Source of the DNA: an uncultured Nitrososphaerota archaeon
GTDB taxonomy: Archaea > Thermoproteota > Nitrososphaeria > Nitrososphaerales > Nitrosopumilaceae
Direction: 5' to 3'
Assembly (NCBI GenBank): GCA_963824385.1
Contig: CAWGPD010000004.1
Location: 224,001 to 288,000, forward strand
DNA: 64,000 bases
The notes below the pieces were generated by a model. It was not told where the DNA came from. It saw only the letters and a program-made list of their open reading frames with translations, and made no database searches. The position numbers were made by a program, and so were the translations under genes. Positions 12,357-22,104 of this stretch are shown piece by piece; position 1 is the stretch's first letter, and every line of letters starts with the position of its first letter.

Positions 12357-13598
12357 TTATGCCCAACTTTGTCCGTATTTTATCTGAGCTGCAGTTGGCT
12401 TGTCCATGTCAACATTCATCGCTTTAAGTGCATCTACTGCAATTTGTTTGTCTATTTCTTCTGGAACTGTAATCACGTTCTTTCCTATTTTTTTGTGATT
12501 CTTTGCAATGTACATCATTGAAAGCAACTGATTTGAAAATGATTGAGCCATAACTTCTGGTGGATGTCCTTCTGCTGCAACAAGATTTGCAATTCGTCCC
12601 TTTCCAATAAGATAAACATGTTTGCCATTTTTAAGAACGCATTCATCAAGATGTGGCCTTACTTCTCGTACTGATTTTGATTCAGTTAGTAAGAATTTTG
12701 CATCCACTTCAACATCAAAGTGACCAACATTACCCATAATAGCACCATTTCTCATAGTCAAGATATGCTCTTTTCTTATTATTCCGGTTTGACCTGTAGC
12801 AGTTACAAAAATCTCGCCTATCTTTGCAGCATCAGCCATTGGTAAAACATCAAACCCATCCATATGAGCTTCTAATGCTCGTATCGGATCAACTTCAGTA
12901 ACACAAACTTTAGCACCCATTCCACGGCATCTTGATGCAACACCTCTTCCCACCCAGCCATAACCTGCCACAACTACACGTTTTCCTGCAAATAACAAAT
13001 TCATGGATCTGAGATAACCATCAATTGTACTCTGGCCTGTTCCATATCGATTATCAAACATATGTTTTGTATATGCATCGTTAACAGCAATTACAGGATA
13101 CTTGAGTTTCTTTTCTTTTGCAAGCGCCTTCAATCGTATAACACCAGTTGTTGTCTCTTCGGTTCCTCCCAAGACTTTCATTGATGCAAACTTTTTGTTT
13201 CCATGTATTTTACTATGACAGTCAGAACCATCATCGGTAATAATTTGTGGTTTATGATTTAGCATCTGTTCTATACACCAGTCATATTCTTCAGTCGTCT
13301 GACCTGTCCAGGCATAAATATGAATTCCATTTTCGGCTAAAAATGCAGCAATATCATCTTGTGTTGAAAGAGGATTTGCGGCACATGCACTTACATCTGC
13401 GCCCAACTCTTTTGCGCCCATAATCAAGACTGATGTTTCTTTTGTAATATGCAAGCATATGCCGATGCGTAATCCCTTTAATGGCTGAGATTTCTTTAGT
13501 CGTGAAATAGTATTAGTTAGAATTTGCATGTGATCCCTTGCCCATTCATATGACATCTTTCCTTTTTCTGAAAGACTAGGATCTTTTACTTGGCTCAT
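12357..13598 (-). CDS. ahcY: Adenosylhomocysteinase
   Basis: NPLSTQD, EETTTG, FDNRYGTGQS and GHFDVE motifs. Confidence 0.97.
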   Translation of the reverse strand: MSQVKDPSLSEKGKMSYEWARDHMQILTNTISRLKKSQPLKGLRIGICLHITKETSVLIMGAKELGADVSACAANPLSTQDDIAAFLAENGIHIYAWTGQTTEEYDWCIEQMLNHKPQIITDDGSDCHSKIHGNKKFASMKVLGGTEETTTGVIRLKALAKEKKLKYPVIAVNDAYTKHMFDNRYGTGQSTIDGYLRSMNLLFAGKRVVVAGYGWVGRGVASRCRGMGAKVCVTEVDPIRALEAHMDGFDVLPMADAAKIGEIFVTATGQTGIIRKEHILTMRNGAIMGNVGHFDVEVDAKFLLTESKSVREVRPHLDECVLKNGKHVYLIGKGRIANLVAAEGHPPEVMAQSFSNQLLSMMYIAKNHKKIGKNVITVPEEIDKQIAVDALKAMNVDMDKPTAAQIKYGQSWA

Positions 13599-13679
13599 AG
13601 TAGTTCACGATTTTAAGGGGTATAAAACAGTATCAGATAATGACAATCTAAATATTGGATTGATTTAGTTTTACAAAAT

Positions 13680-13982
13680 ATGGCGTGGAAGAAGGTAGCA
13701 GAAAAAGATGCAGTTGCTCCAGGAAAAGGAAGAGAGTTTGTAGTAGATGGAAAGAGAATAGCCATATTCAATCAGAACGGTTTTCATGCATTAGATTCGG
13801 TGTGTGCTCATCAAGATGGGTCTCTTGCACCAGGTAAACTAGATGGCGACATAGTAGAGTGTCCACTTCATTTTTGGCATTATAACATCAAAACAGGTGA
13901 GCTATTAGACTACATAAAAGGAGTAAAATTGCAGACCTACAATGTTGAAGTAAAAAAAGACGGAATATACCTAGATGTCTGA
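13680..13982 (+). CDS. Rieske (2Fe-2S) ferredoxin
   Basis: CAH…CPLH ligand motifs. Confidence 0.92.
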   Translation: MAWKKVAEKDAVAPGKGREFVVDGKRIAIFNQNGFHALDSVCAHQDGSLAPGKLDGDIVECPLHFWHYNIKTGELLDYIKGVKLQTYNVEVKKDGIYLDV

Positions 13983-14016
13983 TAAGTTTAATTCTTTAGC
14001 ATTATTTTAAAAAATA

Positions 14017-14805
14017 TTGAATCATCAAATCATAGAAGAATTAATCAAAAAAGACTATGATTTAATTCAAAATAAAATTGGAAGTTTTTTAAAAAATGAA
14101 ATAGAAATACGAAAATCTAATGGTGTTGTTTTTGGATTAAGTGGCGGAATAGATTCTGCCGTTATTGGAACATTATGTGCCAAATTCATAAAAGGAAAAT
14201 CACTTGCACTCATAATGCCAAATTCAAAAATTACCCCAACGAGTGAAACAGAAGACGCAATAAAAATTGTAGACAGCCATTCAATAGAATACAAACTAAT
14301 TGATATTGGATTTATCCACAAAGAATATTCCAGATACTTGGAGCCTAGCCCTCTAGCATTTGCAAATCTGGGAGCAAGAATCAGAGCCAACATGTTATAC
14401 TATTATGCAAATGCAAGAAATTGTCTAGTACTTGGCTCTTCTGACAGGAGTGAATTTTTGATAGGATACTTTACAAAATTTGGAGATGGAGCAGCCGATT
14501 TATTACCAATAGTTTCTTTATACAAAACCCAAATACGTGAACTTGCAAAAAGTCTTGGCATTTTACCAGAGATAATTTCCAAACCAAGTGGTCCACATTT
14601 ATGGGAAGGTCATACTGCTGAGACAGAATTAGGCTTGGCATATGAGGAAATTGATTCCATACTTCATTGTATGGTTGATAAGAGTCTCTCAATTGAAGAA
14701 ACATCCAAAATAACAGAGATATCAATTTCAGAAGTAGACAAGATTTACAGAATGTACAAAAAAAGCGAACATAAAAGAACAATGGCCACACCATGCATCC
14801 TATGA
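14017..14805 (+). CDS. nadE: NH3-dependent NAD+ synthetase
   Basis: GLSGGIDS, NLGARIR and GYFTKFGDG motifs. Confidence 0.95.
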   Translation: MNHQIIEELIKKDYDLIQNKIGSFLKNEIEIRKSNGVVFGLSGGIDSAVIGTLCAKFIKGKSLALIMPNSKITPTSETEDAIKIVDSHSIEYKLIDIGFIHKEYSRYLEPSPLAFANLGARIRANMLYYYANARNCLVLGSSDRSEFLIGYFTKFGDGAADLLPIVSLYKTQIRELAKSLGILPEIISKPSGPHLWEGHTAETELGLAYEEIDSILHCMVDKSLSIEETSKITEISISEVDKIYRMYKKSEHKRTMATPCIL

Positions 14806-14818
14806 GGATACGAGAAAA

Positions 14819-16222
14819 TTGAGAATTCTTGACACACTAACAGTAACAGAAAAAAATGTAGATACTTCAAATATGGTTAGAATTTATCTGTGTGGCGTAA
14901 CGGTATATGACGAAAGTCACATAGGTCATGCACGAACAATTATAGTATTTGATACACTTCGAAGATATTTAGAATCAAAGGGAATAACAGTAAATCTTGT
15001 TCAAAATTTTACCGATGTGGATGACAAGATAATCAATCGTGCCATGAAGGAAAACACATCTGCGCAAGAAATATCCACAAAATACATCAAAAATTATTTT
15101 GATGATTTTGACAAACTCAATGTAAAACGAGCTGATTCTTACCCCAAGGCTACAGAACACATTACCGACATGATTAATCTAATCCAAGGATTAATTGACA
15201 AAGGATTTGCATACATATCCAAAAATGGAGTATATTTTTCAGTTTTAAAATTTAATGAATATGGAAAACTTTCCAAGAAAAAAATAGAAGAGTTGATTGC
15301 AGGTGCTAGAGTTGAAGTGGATGAAACCAAAAATGATCCAGTAGACTTTGCCTTGTGGAAGTTTGCAGATGATAGTCCAACATGGGAGAGCCCATGGGGA
15401 AAAGGAAGACCTGGTTGGCATATTGAATGCTCTGCAATGAGTCTAAAATATCTTGGAAGTAATTTTGAGATTCATGGGGGTGGACGAGATCTTATATTTC
15501 CACATCATGAAAATGAGATAGCACAGTCAGAGTCTTTTTCTGGAATAAATTTTGCCAAGATTTGGATGCATGTTGGAATGGTGACAATCAATGGTGAGAA
15601 GATGTCCAAATCATTAGGAAATACAAAGTCAATTGATTTTGTGCTCAAAAGATGGGGGCCAAACATAATCAGATTGTTTTGCCTATCAGGGCATTATTCA
15701 AAACCAATTGATTATTCCGAAGATCTTTTGAAGGAGACCATAACAAAATGGCGCCAAGTAGAAAATTGTTATTTTGAACTTATTCTAGCAGATAATCCCA
15801 TTTCAGAATCTGAAGAATTAGAAAAAATTAAAGAAATCATCAGAGAATCAAGAATGGAGTTTGATAATGCACTGGATTCGGACTTTAACACACCACTTGC
15901 ACTCTCTGCCTTTTTTAAGCTAGTCAAGAATATCAATCAACTCGCATCTTCAGAGAAACTTACTCGTTCAATATCAGATACCATTTTACCAACATTTCAT
16001 CAAATGCTATCAATTTTAGGTGTAAATGTAATTGAAGTTACAGAGAGCGAAAAAGATAAAATTTCAAATTTAATTGAACAGAGAAATACATTACGTAATC
16101 AGAAAAAATTTCAAGAGGCAGACATCATAAGAAAACAGATATCAGACATGAACATCACCCTAATAGATCATAAGAACAAAACACTGTGGATGAAACAGGA
16201 AAAAATTGGTATAGAAAATTAA
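14819..16222 (+). CDS. cysS: Cysteine--tRNA ligase
   Basis: CGVTVY…HIGH, GRPGWHIEC and KMSKS motifs. Confidence 0.97.
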   Translation: MRILDTLTVTEKNVDTSNMVRIYLCGVTVYDESHIGHARTIIVFDTLRRYLESKGITVNLVQNFTDVDDKIINRAMKENTSAQEISTKYIKNYFDDFDKLNVKRADSYPKATEHITDMINLIQGLIDKGFAYISKNGVYFSVLKFNEYGKLSKKKIEELIAGARVEVDETKNDPVDFALWKFADDSPTWESPWGKGRPGWHIECSAMSLKYLGSNFEIHGGGRDLIFPHHENEIAQSESFSGINFAKIWMHVGMVTINGEKMSKSLGNTKSIDFVLKRWGPNIIRLFCLSGHYSKPIDYSEDLLKETITKWRQVENCYFELILADNPISESEELEKIKEIIRESRMEFDNALDSDFNTPLALSAFFKLVKNINQLASSEKLTRSISDTILPTFHQMLSILGVNVIEVTESEKDKISNLIEQRNTLRNQKKFQEADIIRKQISDMNITLIDHKNKTLWMKQEKIGIEN

Positions 16223-17436
16223 GATTTTTTAGTTTTTGCACTAACTAGTGAGACAACATCCCTGTCTCTTAATTGATAGTTAACTGGCAATCGTACTCCA
16301 TATCTTACATCTTTGGCATAAAGCAATCCTTTTGTTAAATCCGTGTGTATTTCTTTTGCCAAATCTTCTACAGTTGCACCATCCTTGAGTAAAAGTAAAT
16401 CAGGGAGAATTCGGCCTTTCTTATCAGAGAAATTTTCAGGGTTTGCTACTGGATATATAGAATTCATCTTCAACAACTTGAATACCGTAACATTGATTGC
16501 AAACTGTACACCCGTTCTCATATATTCTCCCAATATTCCCTGGGTGATAAAATCAAGGGCTTCAAGTTGTTTTTTATTTAGTTTATCTTTTTGTAGAATT
16601 TCAAATTGTTCTGAGCCTGGAACATATTTGATTAGCCCCTTTTGTTCTGCTCTTCTTAATGAGAGTTCACTATCAGTACTGGCAGGAATAATTATACTAT
16701 CAATGTACTTTTCTCTTAGCCTATCAAAGTTTTTTTCTGCACCTGGAACATCAATCTTGTTTGCAACTATCAGAGTAGGTTTAGATATCTTTCTTAGATA
16801 CGCCGCAAATTTTTTACTGTCATGCATATCAAAATTTTCAAAGTGTTTATCTTCAAGACCTGCAGTTTTTAGTGCCTCTTTTACATGAGTTTCTTTGACA
16901 CCTATACCTCGAAACACGTCAGTTATTGCCACAATAGGCTCTATCTCAGACTGGATAAGCTTGGATATTTTATCCCTATTTCCTTCAAGGAGTTTTAGAT
17001 ACCACATGATAAGTTCCTCTTCAATATCAGAAACATCAGCTATTGGATCACCACTTCCTACTTCGGCTATTCTTCCTGCTGCATCTACACTTCCAGATAC
17101 ATCCACTACATGTAAAATAGCATCAGACTGAGTAGCTATTGAAAGGAATTGATTTCCCAATCCTTTTCCTGCCCAAGCATCTTTTATCAGACCAGGAAGA
17201 TCAATTAGTTCAATTGGAATAAATCTCCAACCATCAATACATTTTGAATTTTGAGGATTATCTTTGATATTAAATTCAGTGTGAACACACGGTGTAATTG
17301 CGTTGCCTAATGCTTTTTCAGGTTTTTTGGTTGTAAATGGATAAGTTGAGACTTCTCCTCCTGCCAATGTAGCAGCATTAAAAAAAGTAGTTTTACCAGT
17401 ATTAGTCTTACCTAAAAGGCCAATTTTTATTGGCAT
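16219..17436 (-). CDS. ychF: Obg-family YchF-like translation-associated GTPase/ATPase with TGS domain
   Basis: GKTNTGKTT, YPFTT, DLPGL, GKGLGNQFL and NKID motifs. Confidence 0.9.
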   Translation of the reverse strand: MPIKIGLLGKTNTGKTTFFNAATLAGGEVSTYPFTTKKPEKALGNAITPCVHTEFNIKDNPQNSKCIDGWRFIPIELIDLPGLIKDAWAGKGLGNQFLSIATQSDAILHVVDVSGSVDAAGRIAEVGSGDPIADVSDIEEELIMWYLKLLEGNRDKISKLIQSEIEPIVAITDVFRGIGVKETHVKEALKTAGLEDKHFENFDMHDSKKFAAYLRKISKPTLIVANKIDVPGAEKNFDRLREKYIDSIIIPASTDSELSLRRAEQKGLIKYVPGSEQFEILQKDKLNKKQLEALDFITQGILGEYMRTGVQFAINVTVFKLLKMNSIYPVANPENFSDKKGRILPDLLLLKDGATVEDLAKEIHTDLTKGLLYAKDVRYGVRLPVNYQLRDRDVVSLVSAKTKKS

Positions 17437-17477
17437 GTTTTCATCTGATGATGCTTGCTATTTATCTCTGCCGTAGA

Positions 17478-17843
17478 TTATTCAGTATGATTGTGTAAAC
17501 CGACATTACTAGATGAATTCTTTATTTCTTCAATGTACCACAAAATTTCTTTTATTTCATCTTCTGTAAGTACGTCATTCCATTTTTCCAGTATAATCTT
17601 TAAGATTTGTGAGCCATTGTATAAAAGACTCCAGTAGGGATGATGTTCAGCTGTTGTAAGAGCAAGCTCTTCAATTTCTTCAAGACCTGTTTTTGCCAAA
17701 GCCAATCCGTCAGATTTTTCTCCATATATTCGAATAATGTTGGAATCAAGGTCAGAATTTAATTTTACTAGAACATGTTTCTTTTCAAATGATTTTACAA
17801 GTTCCAAGAGAGATTCACGAAATGTTGAAAAATCCTCAGTCAT
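17478..17843 (-). CDS. Hypothetical protein
   Basis: ORF starting MTEDFS…, directly downstream of the CoA-binding protein gene. Confidence 0.75.
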   Translation of the reverse strand: MTEDFSTFRESLLELVKSFEKKHVLVKLNSDLDSNIIRIYGEKSDGLALAKTGLEEIEELALTTAEHHPYWSLLYNGSQILKIILEKWNDVLTEDEIKEILWYIEEIKNSSSNVGLHNHTE

Positions 17844-17845
17844 GT

Positions 17846-18256
17846 CTAGAACAATCTTTGATGTTCCGCAAGCATGCATCTATTATAAACAACATCAATT
17901 CCAGATTTTTGCGCAATTCCCTCTGCCTCTGTATTATGTATTCCCTCTTGCAACCAAATCACCTTAGGTTTTATCCTAACAGACTCTTCAATAACTTGTA
18001 ATACTTGGTCAGAAGGTCTGAAAATATCTACAATATCAATCTCTTCAGGAATATCAAGTAGACTAGAATAACATTTTTTCCCTAAAATTTCGGTTGCAGT
18101 GGGATTTACTGGAATTATATTATATCCTTGTTCGTAAAGATATTTTGGTACATAATGAGCAGCTTTATCGGGATTTTTTGACATCCCCACAACTGCAATA
18201 TTTTTTAGCAAATAAATTTTTCTTATTTCATCATCTGTATGAGAATCATGGTCCAT
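17846..18256 (-). CDS. CoA-binding protein (YccU-like)
   Basis: IAVVGMS, IIPVNP, DIVDIFR and IWLQEG motifs. Confidence 0.92.
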   Translation of the reverse strand: MDHDSHTDDEIRKIYLLKNIAVVGMSKNPDKAAHYVPKYLYEQGYNIIPVNPTATEILGKKCYSSLLDIPEEIDIVDIFRPSDQVLQVIEESVRIKPKVIWLQEGIHNTEAEGIAQKSGIDVVYNRCMLAEHQRLF

Positions 18257-18331
18257 AAATTGTAAACAACATCATGTGGCTTAATATCTTGTGGAATAAC
18301 TGATTCATATGGTAAATGCAATTATTTTATC

Positions 18332-18451
18332 ATGGAACAAGAACCCAGTGATGTAATTATATTAAGTGCAATAAATCAAGGCGCAAAAAAATTTGATAAA
18401 ATTTCAAAAAAACTAAAAAATATTAAAGAAAAATTAAAAAACGGTTTTTGA
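18332..18451 (+). pseudogene. Possible truncated remnant of a winged-helix protein gene (MEQEPSDVIILSAINQGAKKFDKISKKL…)
   Basis: 39-codon ORF whose start resembles, from memory, the N-terminus of a thaumarchaeal wHTH family, then runs into an A-rich tract. Confidence 0.4.
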
Positions 18452-18504
18452 GATCCGATTATTGAAATCTCACATTATTGGTTTTTTGTAGATGCCATGA
18501 GGTT

Positions 18505-18903
18505 TCAAGGCATCTTCATGTTACCTGGCATTGTACTATTTCCATGCATATGCATACTACCAGACATTACATTATTTCCAGGCATATTCATGTTGCTTGG
18601 CATTGTTGTTGAACCAGTAAATGCGGCTATTATTTGAGCCAATATGTCTTCACCATGTTGTGCTGGTGCAACTTTTCCATAATTTCCCTTCTGGAAGTAA
18701 TCTATAGCATCGTACCATCTGGTATGCTCACCAGAAGCACAGACATGATCACCACAGATGTTACTACTGCCATGACTTTGCGTGGCAAAAGTATTCCTCA
18801 GATAAGTTGATGGAGTCAAAGCGCTAGCTTGTGGAACAGCCACTATTACTGAGGATATCAGGAGAACAGTTGCTGCAAACATCAGTAATGCTATTTTAGT
18901 CAT
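18505..18903 (-). CDS. Secreted CxxHxC-motif protein with Met/His-rich tail, paralog 1
   Basis: Signal peptide ending PQASA; NICGDHVC; tail MPGNNVMSGSMHMHGNSTMPGNMKMP. Confidence 0.85.
   Translation of the reverse strand: MTKIALLMFAATVLLISSVIVAVPQASALTPSTYLRNTFATQSHGSSNICGDHVCASGEHTRWYDAIDYFQKGNYGKVAPAQHGEDILAQIIAAFTGSTTMPSNMNMPGNNVMSGSMHMHGNSTMPGNMKMP
18515..18620. repeat. ~105-bp direct repeat, copy 1 (Met-rich tail coding sequence)
   Basis: Near-identical to 18999..19103. Confidence 0.9.
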
Positions 18904-18927
18904 CTATTATGAGTACTCTAAATGGCA

Positions 18928-18966
18928 TATAAAAGAATTATGACTCAATACTATGTTAGAAAATAA
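18928..18966 (-). promoter_or_regulatory. Promoter of paralog 1: TATA box plus upstream TGAnTCA dyad
   Basis: + strand TATAAAAGAATTATGACTCAATACTATGTT; TATA lies ~25 nt upstream of the start; matches 19419..19458. Confidence 0.7.
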
Positions 18967-18982
18967 GAGATATTCAGTGCGA

Positions 18983-19395
18983 TTACTTGGTGCCCATGTT
19001 CATGTTACCTGGCATTGTACTATTTCCATGCATATGCATGCTACCAGACATTACATTATTTCCGGCATCTTCATGTTGCCTGGCATTGTTGTTGAACCAG
19101 TAATTGAACTTGCCATGTTGTGCATTCCTGTTTTAACATGTTGTTGCATGCCAGAGGTTTTACCTTGTAATTGATTACCATGATTCCATACTTGTTGCTG
19201 CCATTTTGTTAACTCTCCTGGTCCACACACATGTGTATCACAGACGTTTATTTCAGTAAAATATCTAGCAGTAAGAGGAGTAAAATCATGGTAAATAGAT
19301 TTTTGATTGAGTGCGCTAGCCTGTGGAATCACCATAACAGCAAATGATGTCAAAATCACAGACATAGTAAACAAGATCACTGTTTTACTAGTCAT
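18983..19395 (-). CDS. Secreted CxxHxC-motif protein with Met/His-rich tail, paralog 2; 1-nt deletion near 19063 relative to paralog 1, restored stop at 18983
   Basis: Signal peptide ending PQASA; NVCDTHVC; restored tail …MPGNNVMSGSMHMHGNSTMPGNMNMGTK*. Confidence 0.82.
18999..19103. repeat. ~105-bp direct repeat, copy 2
   Basis: Near-identical to 18515..18620. Confidence 0.9.
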
Positions 19396-19418
19396 CGATA
19401 TTTATTCGGAAGTCGGGT

Positions 19419-19458
19419 TATAAAAGAATTATGAATCAATGATATGTTGGAAGAATAA
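19419..19458 (-). promoter_or_regulatory. Promoter of paralog 2: TATA box plus TGAnTCA dyad
   Basis: + strand TATAAAAGAATTATGAATCAATGATATGTT; TATA lies ~24 nt upstream of the start. Confidence 0.7.
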
Positions 19459-19478
19459 TAGAATTATGTCGTCTCGGA

Positions 19479-19952
19479 CTATTTGGTGCTGTTTGTATTA
19501 TTGCCATTACTAGTCATGTTTTCACCCATATTCATGTTTTCCGTCATATTTACGGTTCCAGAACTGGGCATATTTTTACCCATATTCATGTTAGATGTCA
19601 TCGAAATTGTTCCAGATGTAGATGTTTGTGTGGCATTAGATAAATTGTTAGTCAATGCGTCTAGATAGGTAGATGCTTTTCCAATTGTTGCAATACTCAC
19701 ATGTTGATGCTGTAATTGAGACAAGTTATCAAACCATTGGAATTTTTCGGCAGATTTGCATATATGGTCACCACATACATTTGTGCCACCATATGATGCA
19801 GTAAGATGAGCATCAGTAAAAACAGTTCTTTGAGTCAAATCACTAAAATTAATTCCTGGGGCAAATGCATTTGCGACTGGTAAGACAGATGCCGTAAAAG
19901 ATGACATCAAAACTGCCGTTACAAATAACGACACAGTCAATTTCTTCTGCAT
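19479..19952 (-). CDS. Secreted CxxHxC-motif protein with Met/Asn/Thr-rich tail, paralog 3
   Basis: Start MQKKLTV with TATA ~23 nt upstream; signal peptide ending VANA; NVCGDHIC; MNMG repeats. Confidence 0.85.
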   Translation of the reverse strand: MQKKLTVSLFVTAVLMSSFTASVLPVANAFAPGINFSDLTQRTVFTDAHLTASYGGTNVCGDHICKSAEKFQWFDNLSQLQHQHVSIATIGKASTYLDALTNNLSNATQTSTSGTISMTSNMNMGKNMPSSGTVNMTENMNMGENMTSNGNNTNSTK

Positions 19953-20087
19953 TAAATACCGTATTAATAGGAGGTATAAAAAAATTGCCTCCCTATGATC
20001 CTCTTCTTTGTGAACTGACAATCAATTCAATTGATTTCAGAATATACCAAACAAATAGATACAGAATATTTTCAAGTACGAAACAAA

Positions 20088-20750
20088 ATGATGGCAAAGA
20101 TAGGCTCCAAGGCACCAAATCTGGGCGTTTCAAAATGGGTACAAGGGTTACCAACCAATATTGACAAAGAGAAAGACAATGTCGTATTAGTTGAAGTATT
20201 CCAGGTTAATTGTCCGGGTTGTTTTCTATACGGGATACCTCAAGCAATAGACATTTATCAAAAATATAGAAAAGAAGGTGTTACAGTTCTAGGAATAGCA
20301 ACAGCGTTTGAAGATTTTGATAAAAATACAATGGAGAATTTAGAATTATTACTTACCAAGGGCGAAGTAATTGGAGAAACCTTAAAGGCACTTGGCCAAT
20401 ACGGCCAACTTGTTGATGGAAACAAACTCCCTTACAAGATTCCGTTTCCTGTTGGAATGGATTTACTAAAAAAGGATGATGTGCCAATAAGCAAGACAAA
20501 GATAGATGAAATTATTCAAGCCAATGTACCTGGATTTGAATCATATAGTGATAGTCAAAAGTCTGAAATCATTGAAAGAGTAAATCAATATCTCAAAAGT
20601 AAAGAATATTCCGCACAAACTTTTGAAGAGTTTACATTGCGTGGCACGCCATCAACAATTCTAATAGACAAGAAAGGAATATTACGAGATGTCGCATTTG
20701 GAACCAATAATTTTCTTGAAGAGAACATAAAAAAATTATTAAATGAATAA
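20088..20750 (+). CDS. Thioredoxin-fold redoxin (TlpA/AhpC-like) with an insertion
   Basis: IGSKAPNL, FQVNCPGC and RGTPSTILIDKKG motifs. Confidence 0.85.
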   Translation: MMAKIGSKAPNLGVSKWVQGLPTNIDKEKDNVVLVEVFQVNCPGCFLYGIPQAIDIYQKYRKEGVTVLGIATAFEDFDKNTMENLELLLTKGEVIGETLKALGQYGQLVDGNKLPYKIPFPVGMDLLKKDDVPISKTKIDEIIQANVPGFESYSDSQKSEIIERVNQYLKSKEYSAQTFEEFTLRGTPSTILIDKKGILRDVAFGTNNFLEENIKKLLNE

Positions 20751-20788
20751 ACATCAACTTATGAACTTGGAATCATAGTAATTATAAC

Positions 20789-21794
20789 ATGTATACATCG
20801 TTTGATGAAACACCACTTGACAAGATAATTATTTTATTAAAATCCCACCAATCAGAATTTGTATCCGGAGAAAAACTAAGCAAGTCATTGAATCTAAGCA
20901 GAGCGGCAATTTGGAAAAATATCAAAAAGATCCAGTCCATTGGGATACAAGATTGAATCAAAAATAAAGAGAGGTTATAAATTACATTTAGATACTACAC
21001 TACTTTTACCATGGGAGATTTCAGATGGGCTTCAGACGGACATAATTGGAAGAAAAATATACTATTTTGATACAATTGATTCAACTCAAAATTTTGCCCT
21101 AAAATTATCTCAAAAACCTTATGAAAATGGATCTGTTGTCATAGCAGAAAGACAAACCAAGGGAAGAGGGAGATTAAATCGAAAATGGGCATCACCAAGA
21201 GGAGGAATATGGATGTCAGTACTATTAAGACCAAACTTTGAGTTAGCACAGACTTCATTATTTCCCATGATTTCATCTCTTGCCCTATCTATTGCAATAG
21301 AAAAAATATTAAAAATTAAACCAGAATTAAAGTGGCCAAACGATGTAACTTTGAAAGGAAAAAAAGTTGCAGGCATACTAATTGACGTAGCAATAGAATC
21401 AAACAAGATAGATTACCTCATAATAGGAGTAGGCGTTAATTTCAGAATTCAGCCAAGTAAGATATCAAAACTTGTCATGAATTCTCAAAAATATAATGGA
21501 ATTACTACGCTAGTAAAAGAAAAACAAGATGGCAGTCCCGTTGAGTTGGTACAACAATTTCTGTTTGAACTTGAACAAATGTATAACAAAGTCATATCAA
21601 ATTCAAATGTAGAAATTAGAAAAAAATGGATAAAGCGTTCTTCCACAATAGGAAAGAATGTAACTACAACTACAACTGCAGGATTGTTCAGAGGTAAAGC
21701 AATTGGGATTGATGAAACAGGTGCACTCCTTTTATCAAATAAAGGAAAAATCCATCGCATATTAGCAGGCGATATAACATATAGAAATCCATGA
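20789..21794 (+). CDS. birA: Biotin--protein ligase with N-terminal HTH; +1 indel near 20940
   Basis: SGEKLSKSLNLSRAAIWK HTH in the upstream frame; QTKGRGR, KWPND and KVAGIL motifs. Confidence 0.92.
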
Positions 21795-21838
21795 CATACG
21801 AAAAGATACTTAACAGAAATTTTGTTTAAAATAGATCT

Positions 21839-21952
21839 TTATTTATGAGATATGAGAATTAAACTAGTTCCTATTAGAATCCCTGCAGTAATTTCCAACA
21901 AATGTGGTAAAAATATTCTTCGTAGAAGAGTTTCACCAGTTTTTTGTTTCAT
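21839..21952 (-). CDS. Putative 37-aa single-pass membrane microprotein
   Basis: MKQKTGETLLRRIFLPHLLEITAGILIGTSLILISHK*; TTATAA box ~25 nt upstream of ATG. Confidence 0.45.
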   Translation of the reverse strand: MKQKTGETLLRRIFLPHLLEITAGILIGTSLILISHK

Positions 21953-22104
21953 GTGATTATACTTTAAAAATTCCTTATAATAGTGTTTTAGCAGATTTTA
22001 TTATTAAAATTTAGTCAATTTGTTTTGATTACCAGAATATATAAAAAAAATAATGATCGCAGTCACTAACGAATTTTTAATAATCATATAGTTTCAATTA
22101 AAAG

